A stretch of 64,000 nucleotides of DNA from Candidatus Pacearchaeota archaeon (GTDB lineage: Archaea > Nanobdellota > Nanobdellia > Pacearchaeales > UBA284), in contig JAWAPZ010000001.1 in the NCBI GenBank assembly GCA_038894195.1, positions 14,725 through 78,724 on the forward strand, read 5' to 3'. The position numbers and the translations under genes were made by a program. Positions 18,701-26,744 of the stretch are shown one piece after another (positions within the stretch are counted from its first letter, which is position 1; the number at the start of each line of letters is the position of its first letter). The notes below the pieces were generated by a model. The model ran no database searches. It saw nothing but the letters and a program-made list of their open reading frames with translations, and was not told the origin of the DNA.

Positions 18701-21700
18701 AACTCCACCAGACGATATTCTTTTTAATGCTTCGAGTGGAATAGTTAATTTCACAAATGTCACTTTTAACAAAAATGCTATTACGTTTACTGCTGATTCA
18801 ACAGCATCCCTTTTCGTGAAATGGTATGTTGACGTTTATGTTAATGATACAAATGGCAGTGATGTTAGTGGCGCAACTGTTACAGGAATGCCGACAAGAA
18901 ATCAGAGCGTGATGAACGAAACTTTCACTAATATAACAGGAGATGACGGCTTTATTGAAAAACAGATTGTTACAGAGTATAAACAAAATTATAGTGATAT
19001 TTACAACTTTACGCCACATAATTTTACTGCAAACAAAAAATGGTATAACAGCAATTCTACTGAAAAGAATATAACAACAAACATGTTAGACAAAACAATT
19101 TTTATAACTCTAGAGCCTTCTGTCTGTAGAGAAATAAACGAAAGTATGACTTATAATGTCCCAGGTGATGTATTAAATTCCACAGAGCAGTGCTGTATTA
19201 AAATAACGGCAAGTAATGTGATAGTGAATGGCCAGGGTCATACGATTGATGGCATTGATGCAAGCAACTCATATGGCATCTGTGTCGGAGGTTCTGAAGC
19301 ATTAACAAATGTAACTGTAATAAATACAAGGCTCACAGACTGGGGTCATGGAGTTTATTACTATAATACTTCAAACAGTAGTATAACAAATGTAACTGCA
19401 AATTCTAATCTTTATGGCATTGACATTCAATATTCAACCACGATAAACATAAGCAATAATAATGCAAGCTACAATTCAAGAGATGGAATTGTTCTTTCAG
19501 CTTCTAGTAGTAATAATATAACTAATAATATCTTAAATTCGAATGGTGGAAGTTATTATCAAGGACTGCGTTTAACTTCTTCAAGCAACAATAACAATAT
19601 AATCAACAATACAGTGAATTCAAATAATCGTGGAATTTATTTATCTTCTTCAAATAATAATAACTTGAGTGGTAATATTGTAAATTCAAGTAATTATGAA
19701 GGAATCTATTTATCTCAATCTTCATATAACAATCTGACTGGAAATAATGCAAGTTCAAATTCTCTGCAAGGAATTCTTTTAAACGAATCGTCAAACAACA
19801 ATTTAACAAATAATATTGTAAATTCTAATAGTGGTAGTGGAATTGTTTTAAATTATAATTCGAACAATAACATACTAGTAAATAACACAGCAAACAGCAA
19901 TACTAATTCTTGGGGTATTGGTTTGGCTTATTCTCAAAATAACACTTTAATAAATAATAATGCAAGCTTAAATACTTGGGGTGGAATTTATTTACATTAT
20001 GCCAATAATAACACTTTAATTAATAATACAGCTGCTTCCAATTCTGGTTCTGGACTTGGTTGGGGCATTCATTTGCATAATTCTAATTATAGCAATTTCA
20101 CAAATAATACAGCTTATGGTAATAATATAGCAGATATAAGAATTCAAAACAATTCTTTAGGAAATGCTTTTGTGAATCAAACAATTGCAGGAAATACTTT
20201 AACAACATATCAAACAAAAATTAGTTTTACTTATTTTAGAGATGTTGATATTAAGGGTGTAACAACACCACCAAGTTTGCCTTCTGGTATGCAAGCAATT
20301 AACAAGTATATTAATGCAACAAATCAATCAACAGGAGCATGGCTTTTCTTAAATGTAAGTTATAATTCAAGTGATCTTGGCTCTGCTGATGAAAACACTT
20401 TAAGGATGTGGAAGTATAATACAAGCTGGAATGAAGTTTCTGGAAGTGGTGTTAATACAGCCCAAGATTATGTTTATGCGAACATAACCTCATTTTCTGT
20501 GTTTGCACCTCTTGCTGACGTTGCAGCTCCTAACGTAACCTTAAACTTGCCAAAAAACGATACTGGCACACGAAACACAACAGTTGTTTTTAATTGCTCT
20601 GCTTATGATGCAAGTGGTGTTAGGAATGTCACGCTTTATGGCAATTTCTCTGGAACATGGCAGAGCAATGGAACAAACACTGTTTCTGGAACAAATGTTT
20701 CAACAACATTCACAAGAACATTGCCCGAAGGAAATTATTTATGGAATTGTTATGCATGTGACGCTTGGAATAATTGCTCTTTTGCTTCTCAGAACTTTAG
20801 TTTAATTGTTGATACTACACTACCTATACCATATTTTGTCTTGCCAACTCCTGACAATGCAAGTTCAAGAAATTATAATTATGTTTATGTCAATGTTTCT
20901 GTGAATGATACTAATAAGGCAAGTGCTTTCATTGATTGGAATTATTCTCTTAGAGGATACTGGGCTTTTGAAGAAACTTCTGGAACAACTGTTTATGATA
21001 ATTCAAGTTATGGAAATCATGGCACAATGTATAACATGAACTTTGGAACTGACAATGGAACAAGTGGCAGAACACTAACCGGCAAGAATGGTCGAGGAAT
21101 GATGTTTGATGGAATTAATGATTTTATCAATATCTCTACAGGTGCTTTTTCTTCCCAATATGCTACTATTGAGGTGTGGGTCTATCCTACCACGAACACC
21201 AAGGATAGTTATATAGTTGATTCGCAAATTAATAACAACCAATTTACACTAATTTGGTACCCTACATCCAATACTTATAAAGGTTTTGCTGTTCATTTCG
21301 GGAGTGATGGTGATTGGGCCACATCATCCTCTGTTGCCTCTGTAAATACGTGGCATCACGTTGTTGGCACTGCTAACGGGACACACACTAAACTCTATAT
21401 AGATGGTCAGTTAATCAGCACAGTTGCAGAAGGTACCCCTGCTATCTGCTCTGGTGGATGGGATATCGGTTCTACTGGTTCAGAAAAGTATTTCAACGGC
21501 ACAATCGACGAAGTTCGCATCTGGTCAAGAGCCTTAAGCCCAGAAGAGATTAACGCGTCTTATAATAATGGTTTATATCGTTTAGAAAACAACTTCACTA
21601 ACTTGAATTCAACAACATATAGTTATTATGCCATGGCTGTTGATCGCGCTGGAAACATGAACAAGACTGAAACAAGAACTGTAACAATTGAAACTTCACC

Positions 21701-24700
21701 ACCAAGCATAGTATTTATAAGCCCTACACCAAACAACAACTCTTATATTTCTGTGAACTATACAACAATAAAAGTCAATGTTACTGACACTCAATCAAAC
21801 ATTTCTTCCTGCATTTTAGAATGGCAGAATTCTAATGAAACAATGAACATAACATTATACAATAAAGGGGCTTATTGTAATGCAACAAAAACTAACTTAG
21901 CTCAAGGAACCTATACTTATAAGGTTTATGCAAATGATTCTGCAGGAAATATGAATGTAAGTGAAACACGCGTCTTAAATATAGATTTAACAAATCCTGT
22001 AGCTTATCAAGGCTTGCCTGAAAATGGTTCTATGTTCACAAACAGAACAATTAGTTTTAGTTTGAAATGCACTGATAACATGCAAGTTAATACATTGCAA
22101 TTATGGGGTAATTTTACAGGAACATGGCAAGCAAATCAGACTAACAGCTCGCCAATAAACAATACATGGTGGAATGTTTCTGTTACAATGCCAGCTGACG
22201 GATGGTATAGATGGGCAGCTTTTTGCAATGATTCATCTGGAAGAATAAACATGACAGAAAATAGAACTTTTTATGTTGACACTGTTAATCCTATAGTTTA
22301 TTTAAACAAGCCAGCAAATGCGAGCAGTGTTTACGGTTTAGGAGCAAGTCTTGTAAGTACAGAATTTAACTGCAGTGCCTATGATTCAGGAGGTTTAAGA
22401 AATATTACATTGTATGGTAATTGGTCTGGCTGGGGTGCAAAAAATTCAAGCAACATTTCAGGAACAAGTAACTCAAGTTTATGGTATAACAACTTGAACG
22501 AATCTTCTTATGTGTATAATTGTCTTGCATATGATCTTGCAGGAAATTCCGCTTTTAATGCAACAAATTATACATTTAGAGTGAGAACTGTGCCGAGTGT
22601 TGTTTTTGAAGAGCCAACACCAACACAAGGTTATGCTCAAGATAATGTAACTATTAATACAACAATAACTGACTGGAATTTAGGCTCAGCTTCTCTAGAT
22701 TTTGATTCAAGTTTACGAGGTTATTGGGCTTTCAATGAAGAATCTGGCAGCTATGCTTATGACAACTCAACTTTCAGCAATACAGGAATTCTAGTTAACG
22801 GACCAGCTCGTGCTGCTGGAATTTTTGGAAATGCCTTGCAATTTAACGGAAGTAATTATGTTCGCGTGAATAATGCAAACAGTTTAAATCCTTCTGAAGC
22901 AATAACAATTGAAGCATGGTTTAAAACAACAGCATCTGGTACAATTGTAGCAAAAGATTATTACTCAAGAGGAAACTTCCAAAACGGCTATAATCTATAT
23001 TTAGCAGAATCTGGAGGACAAAAAGCTATTTTCTTCACTTTAAATTGTGGTGGCGATCAAAGGACAGCTAATGCTCTCGGAAATTATAGTGATGGAAATT
23101 GGCACCATATTGCAGTAACTTATGATAGCACAACCGATATAGAAAATATAGTTTTCTATTTTGACGGAATACAGTTAGTTTCTTCCACAGTATGCTCTGG
23201 AAACATTATCAACACGAACAATTTCCTTTTGATTGGAAGAAGCAACAGCACAAGCTTTCCTGGATCTTTTATAGGAACAATCGACGAAGTCAAAATTCAT
23301 TCACGAGCTTTAACATGGGGAGAAATTAATGCAAGTATGAACAACTCACGTTATAGGCTTTACACAACAATTTATAATCTTCCTGCTGAGTCTGAACATA
23401 ATTTTAGTGTCATAGCCTCGGATACAGATGGCAACATGAACAGAACAGAAACACTAAGCTTTGTTGTTGATATTACACCACCAATAATAACAATAATAAG
23501 CCCAGAAAATACAACTTACAATCCATCACGGGTCTTGGCAAATGTCTCGCTTAGTGAAAATGGCACGAACTGTTCCTATTCGCTCGATTCTGGGAACAAT
23601 GTGACAATGACAAAATTGAATGAAACTTATTTTTACAGAAATATATCTGGCTTATCAATTGGTCAGCACAACATAACTTTCTTTTGTAGAGACATTGCTG
23701 GCAACTGGAATCAATCAGAATATGTTTACTTCAGAATAAATGATGTTCCTCAAGTGTTTTTTGTGCCGCCGAGTGATGATAATGGCTCTAGTGTCGGAAG
23801 AAACTGGACTTATGTCAATACAAGTATAGCAGACAGTGATGAAATTTCATCTTGCATTCTAGAATGGGATGGTGTAAATGAAACAATGTATATTAATAAT
23901 GAACACTATAATGAAACATTTATGGGAGTGGCAATAACAATACAACTTAATTCTAGCTATGATGTCGCAGATGTTTATGCAAAAGGGGATTTATCACAAT
24001 ATGCTTTTCAAATGAAATGGGATATAAGCAAATTGCCAACAAATGTTAATATTGAGCAAGCGACACTATGTGTTTACTGGGCAGCAGGTAGTTTAATCCC
24101 TGTTGATAATGATGTTAATTTTTCGAGAGTTAATGATCAAAAATGGGATGAAGGAATAAATGCTTTGCAATGGAATTCACAAATGTTGACAAACATAACA
24201 TTAGGTAATTGGTCAAGCGTTGAGCCAAATACCTGGGGTTGTGTTAATGTTACAGATATTATAAAAGAGGATTACGAACAAAAAAATAATTTTTCGTCTG
24301 TAAGATTGCAAGACCCAGATTATTTAATGTCATTAGCAACAGGCGTTATAGATGATAGTGGCTTATATTTTGGTGGTCCTATAGCATATTTAATAGCAGA
24401 AGATAGAGAAGGATCACTAGGTTGGTCGCCATTTTATAGACCTTACTTAAATATAACTTATTCAACTGGAATAACTTATGAAGCAAAAGCGAATTGTTAT
24501 TTAAATAAGAGTGATGAAAATGGTTTGCACACTTATAAGGTTTATGCAAATGACAGTTATGGCAAGTTTGGTGTAAGCGAAACAAGAACGATAGTTTTTG
24601 GCAATCCAGTTAGTGAATGCATGAATATAACAGCGCCAGATTACTATGTTTTGACACAAGATCTTGAGAGTAATGGCACATGTATCAGGATCTTGGTTGA

Positions 24701-26720
24701 TAATGTTACTCTGAATTGTAACAACTACATGATAAATTACTCTGTCTTACAACAAGGAAATGCTATTTGGATAAACTCAAGTAACTCACTTGTAAAAGAT
24801 TGCGCAATAAGACAATCAAATGCTTCTGTTTCAGAAGCACATGGCATTAATTTATATGGAGGTAATGGCGGCCAGTTAAACAACATTACTAATAATGATT
24901 TCAAAGTTGCGAGCCAGAACGCAGCTGCTATTTACTTAGATAGCAATTCTAACCTTGTTTCAGAAAATACTATATATGAAACAGACTATGGAGTTTATGT
25001 TAGTGAAGGTGTGCAGAATAATGTTGTAAGAGAAAACACATTTTACTGGAATAACATAGATGTTTATATTCCTCAAGATGCACAAACAAATATTTTAGAA
25101 GAAAATACACATTTAATAACTAGTGTTTCGGCATTTGCTCTTACTCCACCGCCAGCTGACTTGAAAGTTAATTCAAGCAGCAAGCCAGCACCTGCTCCAA
25201 ATGGCTATGAAGCTGCTAACAAATATATTAATGTGACAGCATCGTCTGGTAGTCAGATCAATGTAAAAATGCATTATAGTGATGATGACGTTTTAGGAAT
25301 TTTTGAACCTTCGCTGGCAATCTGGCAAAGCAATCATGAATGGCTCACACCTAGTGAAATTGTTGAAAAATGTGGTGAGGAAACGGGGTATAAAGCTGTT
25401 AATACAATTGATAATAATCTAGACAGTTACTGGGCTCATTCAACAGAAGAGCAACATTATATAATTTATGATATGGGCCAGCTTTATAACATAAGTGCAA
25501 TAAGAGTATACACAAATGTCAGTTTAGATGGCGCTCCTTGTGGTGCTAAAGTTGAACTAAGCTCTGATGGTGGTGGCTCATGGCTTAAGGTTGCTGACGA
25601 GAATTTTACTCTTGCTGGTTTGAGATGGCATGAAATTGAATTTAATCATACCGAAGCAAATCAAATAAAACTGACACTAAGAACGTGGCGAGACGATATA
25701 AAAACTTGTGTTGAAAACTATAGATTATCTTACTTTTATGAATTTGATGCTCTTACAGGTGAATGGCAGCAACAAGATAGTTATGTGAATGGCTCTGAAA
25801 ATTACGTCGAAGCTAACTTGAGCGAGTTTAGCATTTTTGGCGTTTTTGGTCTTGAAGGTATAGATGCTCCTGAGAACTTTTCTATATTCTTGCGAGAAGA
25901 TAATGTAACAGTAAAGTTGAACTGGTCTCAAGTAGATGAAGCAGATGGCTATTATCTTTTCTATAGCGACAATGTTACTGAAATTCTGCAACTTGATGAA
26001 TTTTCTAATGTTTCAGAGCACGAACATGTTACACTTATTGGTTCAAGCAATACAACTTATAATGACACTACTGCTGATCAAGTTGTGAAAAGATTTTATG
26101 CTGTTGCAGCTTATCGTGGCTCTGGTGCAAATCAAGTAAGAGCTTTTGCTGATGATAGGTTAGGAAAACATACACTAACTATAAATTCTGAAGATAGCAT
26201 TGGGCATACCTCGATTAGTTTTCCTTTAGAACAAAATATAAGTGTTGACTCGATAGCTGCACCAAACAACTTTGCTTACATCTACACTATAAATGAATCA
26301 GCAAATGAAAATTGGACATACGCTTACTACTATAATGAATGGAAAGGTGAACTTTCTATTTTAGAATTTGGTAAGGGATATTATTTTAATAATTTTGACA
26401 CAAGTATAAACATAACAATTTGTGGAAAAATTCCTACAGGAAATGTAACGCAAAAAATATATAGTGAAGCAAGCATCGGACATACTTATCTCGGCTGGGA
26501 GTCTTATACTAATGGAAATATTTCAGAACTTTTAATAAACCCCCCAAACAACTTTGCTTACATCTACACTATAAATGAATCAGCAAATGAAAATTGGACA
26601 TACGCTTACTACTATAATGAATGGAAAGGTCCACTAACTTTTTTTGAGGCTACAAAAGGCTATTATTTCAACAACTTTAATGAAGAAAGAAACATAACAT
26701 ATGAAAGAAACCCACATTAA
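15735..26720 (+). CDS. giant (3661 aa) secreted multidomain surface protein: signal anchor, Ig-like modules, four right-handed beta-helix blocks, two LamG-like domains, a discoidin (F5/8 type C)-like domain, an FN3-like domain, and a duplicated C-terminal module
   Basis: Uninterrupted 10986-nt ORF with N-terminal TM LSLGILIVVLLVTSLFLLL. LamG-type signature LRGYWAF-E-SG...IDEV-I-SRAL occurs twice (about 20949-21590 and 22713-23365). Discoidin-like NTIDNNLDSYWAHS...YNISAIRVYT lies near 25385-25700. There are very many N-x-S/T sequons. Confidence 0.9.
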   Translation: MNKKSVVKLSLGILIVVLLVTSLFLLLKNAGRVGANPDVQNFSVGSGDGYAYHTGENYPSVHDASTGTSADYTSETAIIGQNFTEGAPQVFEIWRGFFPVDTSALPDGATITNATLYFYVLEAYDAVDYCLTQTSQDFVKNLSEKDYDNAGTGDDCINIGSSGWYSITLSKLSWINKTGWTKIGLRSSRDIQTQQPAGAEYIVVNTANAADNQPYLEVEYSEEAGDNSPNVTLNLPEDDTQDNDGNVTFNCSAEDDWQLVNLTLYVWNSTGLYYSNTTNISGTINSSIWQLNEMPADNYLWNCLAYDNSSQSAWATSNFSLFIPNRVYDCQEISSAGVYVLQNNIEESGNGVCINITANNVIFDGQGHIIDGRKSPKTYGIYSSRKGNITLENFLVKEWETGIYLYQVVNSNVQNAASDSNVYGIYLNASDNNNLTEMSFLGNTLDVVISSSSNNIFINQTFNETTASFTYNGNFNLTSVASPPSDPDGYKNISKYINITGLGLVDYWLFLNISYSDDDLNGIDENTLKIWKYSGTWQEDGWNGSRVLDTTNNIVGVNITSFSIFAPLGQEEQGDQQPSVTLNSPPDGSTDTDGNITFNCTASDDINLTNVTLYGNFSGSWTSNGTNSSPENNTPVLFDRTLENGTYVWNCYACDNASQCAFASANRTLHVSIGGGEYTNISECGWINSPGEYRVNQPLVSNGTCITINASNVVLNCQYYYIHYGSDGGNSRYGIHILQDKENIEIKNCMISRNGTSGDEQFGIYAADRCRNLTIKDNVLQGGGIKFYYHPNSSSKILNNSITTESNNYKGILIDLSNNIDILNNTISTSGSSAYGFELKSSSSLKLENNNVSVASVNSTTIKAYNISNSSFRSNRLILSAISEPTSSVLLELSNYNNFSENILEMANTISGFSTFKLVGSNNTIFLNNTIITGASGQQLPTKIFDFNSSVNNFINITNLSIGGHPTRIFEFKGNVNSTQVFNLYVSETTPPDDILFNASSGIVNFTNVTFNKNAITFTADSTASLFVKWYVDVYVNDTNGSDVSGATVTGMPTRNQSVMNETFTNITGDDGFIEKQIVTEYKQNYSDIYNFTPHNFTANKKWYNSNSTEKNITTNMLDKTIFITLEPSVCREINESMTYNVPGDVLNSTEQCCIKITASNVIVNGQGHTIDGIDASNSYGICVGGSEALTNVTVINTRLTDWGHGVYYYNTSNSSITNVTANSNLYGIDIQYSTTINISNNNASYNSRDGIVLSASSSNNITNNILNSNGGSYYQGLRLTSSSNNNNIINNTVNSNNRGIYLSSSNNNNLSGNIVNSSNYEGIYLSQSSYNNLTGNNASSNSLQGILLNESSNNNLTNNIVNSNSGSGIVLNYNSNNNILVNNTANSNTNSWGIGLAYSQNNTLINNNASLNTWGGIYLHYANNNTLINNTAASNSGSGLGWGIHLHNSNYSNFTNNTAYGNNIADIRIQNNSLGNAFVNQTIAGNTLTTYQTKISFTYFRDVDIKGVTTPPSLPSGMQAINKYINATNQSTGAWLFLNVSYNSSDLGSADENTLRMWKYNTSWNEVSGSGVNTAQDYVYANITSFSVFAPLADVAAPNVTLNLPKNDTGTRNTTVVFNCSAYDASGVRNVTLYGNFSGTWQSNGTNTVSGTNVSTTFTRTLPEGNYLWNCYACDAWNNCSFASQNFSLIVDTTLPIPYFVLPTPDNASSRNYNYVYVNVSVNDTNKASAFIDWNYSLRGYWAFEETSGTTVYDNSSYGNHGTMYNMNFGTDNGTSGRTLTGKNGRGMMFDGINDFINISTGAFSSQYATIEVWVYPTTNTKDSYIVDSQINNNQFTLIWYPTSNTYKGFAVHFGSDGDWATSSSVASVNTWHHVVGTANGTHTKLYIDGQLISTVAEGTPAICSGGWDIGSTGSEKYFNGTIDEVRIWSRALSPEEINASYNNGLYRLENNFTNLNSTTYSYYAMAVDRAGNMNKTETRTVTIETSPPSIVFISPTPNNNSYISVNYTTIKVNVTDTQSNISSCILEWQNSNETMNITLYNKGAYCNATKTNLAQGTYTYKVYANDSAGNMNVSETRVLNIDLTNPVAYQGLPENGSMFTNRTISFSLKCTDNMQVNTLQLWGNFTGTWQANQTNSSPINNTWWNVSVTMPADGWYRWAAFCNDSSGRINMTENRTFYVDTVNPIVYLNKPANASSVYGLGASLVSTEFNCSAYDSGGLRNITLYGNWSGWGAKNSSNISGTSNSSLWYNNLNESSYVYNCLAYDLAGNSAFNATNYTFRVRTVPSVVFEEPTPTQGYAQDNVTINTTITDWNLGSASLDFDSSLRGYWAFNEESGSYAYDNSTFSNTGILVNGPARAAGIFGNALQFNGSNYVRVNNANSLNPSEAITIEAWFKTTASGTIVAKDYYSRGNFQNGYNLYLAESGGQKAIFFTLNCGGDQRTANALGNYSDGNWHHIAVTYDSTTDIENIVFYFDGIQLVSSTVCSGNIINTNNFLLIGRSNSTSFPGSFIGTIDEVKIHSRALTWGEINASMNNSRYRLYTTIYNLPAESEHNFSVIASDTDGNMNRTETLSFVVDITPPIITIISPENTTYNPSRVLANVSLSENGTNCSYSLDSGNNVTMTKLNETYFYRNISGLSIGQHNITFFCRDIAGNWNQSEYVYFRINDVPQVFFVPPSDDNGSSVGRNWTYVNTSIADSDEISSCILEWDGVNETMYINNEHYNETFMGVAITIQLNSSYDVADVYAKGDLSQYAFQMKWDISKLPTNVNIEQATLCVYWAAGSLIPVDNDVNFSRVNDQKWDEGINALQWNSQMLTNITLGNWSSVEPNTWGCVNVTDIIKEDYEQKNNFSSVRLQDPDYLMSLATGVIDDSGLYFGGPIAYLIAEDREGSLGWSPFYRPYLNITYSTGITYEAKANCYLNKSDENGLHTYKVYANDSYGKFGVSETRTIVFGNPVSECMNITAPDYYVLTQDLESNGTCIRILVDNVTLNCNNYMINYSVLQQGNAIWINSSNSLVKDCAIRQSNASVSEAHGINLYGGNGGQLNNITNNDFKVASQNAAAIYLDSNSNLVSENTIYETDYGVYVSEGVQNNVVRENTFYWNNIDVYIPQDAQTNILEENTHLITSVSAFALTPPPADLKVNSSSKPAPAPNGYEAANKYINVTASSGSQINVKMHYSDDDVLGIFEPSLAIWQSNHEWLTPSEIVEKCGEETGYKAVNTIDNNLDSYWAHSTEEQHYIIYDMGQLYNISAIRVYTNVSLDGAPCGAKVELSSDGGGSWLKVADENFTLAGLRWHEIEFNHTEANQIKLTLRTWRDDIKTCVENYRLSYFYEFDALTGEWQQQDSYVNGSENYVEANLSEFSIFGVFGLEGIDAPENFSIFLREDNVTVKLNWSQVDEADGYYLFYSDNVTEILQLDEFSNVSEHEHVTLIGSSNTTYNDTTADQVVKRFYAVAAYRGSGANQVRAFADDRLGKHTLTINSEDSIGHTSISFPLEQNISVDSIAAPNNFAYIYTINESANENWTYAYYYNEWKGELSILEFGKGYYFNNFDTSINITICGKIPTGNVTQKIYSEASIGHTYLGWESYTNGNISELLINPPNNFAYIYTINESANENWTYAYYYNEWKGPLTFFEATKGYYFNNFNEERNITYERNPH
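19390..20160 (+). repeat. Asn-rich ~22-aa periodic repeats (PbH1/NosD-like parallel beta-helix coils), coding
   Basis: Reiterated pattern N-x-(I/L)-x-N-N-x-(A/V)-N-S-N-x-x-x-G-I-x-L, for example NNITNNILNSNGG, NNIINNTVNSNNRGIYL and NNLSGNIVNSSNYEGIYL. Confidence 0.8.
26262..26348 (+). repeat. 87-nt exact duplicate, copy 1 (inside the giant gene)
   Basis: Identical to 26544-26630. Encodes PNNFAYIYTINESANENWTYAYYYNEWKG. Confidence 0.95.
26544..26630 (+). repeat. 87-nt exact duplicate, copy 2 (inside the giant gene)
   Basis: Identical to 26262-26348, offset by 282 nt (94 codons). The flanking parts of the two modules are strongly diverged. Confidence 0.95.
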
Positions 26721-26744
26721 ATTTAAAAATTAAAAAAAAGTAAG

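Noticed and set aside
26262-26630. Possible diversity-generating retroelement (template/variable repeat pair) in the C-terminus of the giant surface protein
   Set aside because: The two 87-nt copies are identical, with no adenine-specific mismatches. The flanking divergence is not A-biased. Both copies are in-frame modules of one gene. No reverse transcriptase or accessory gene is present in the window.
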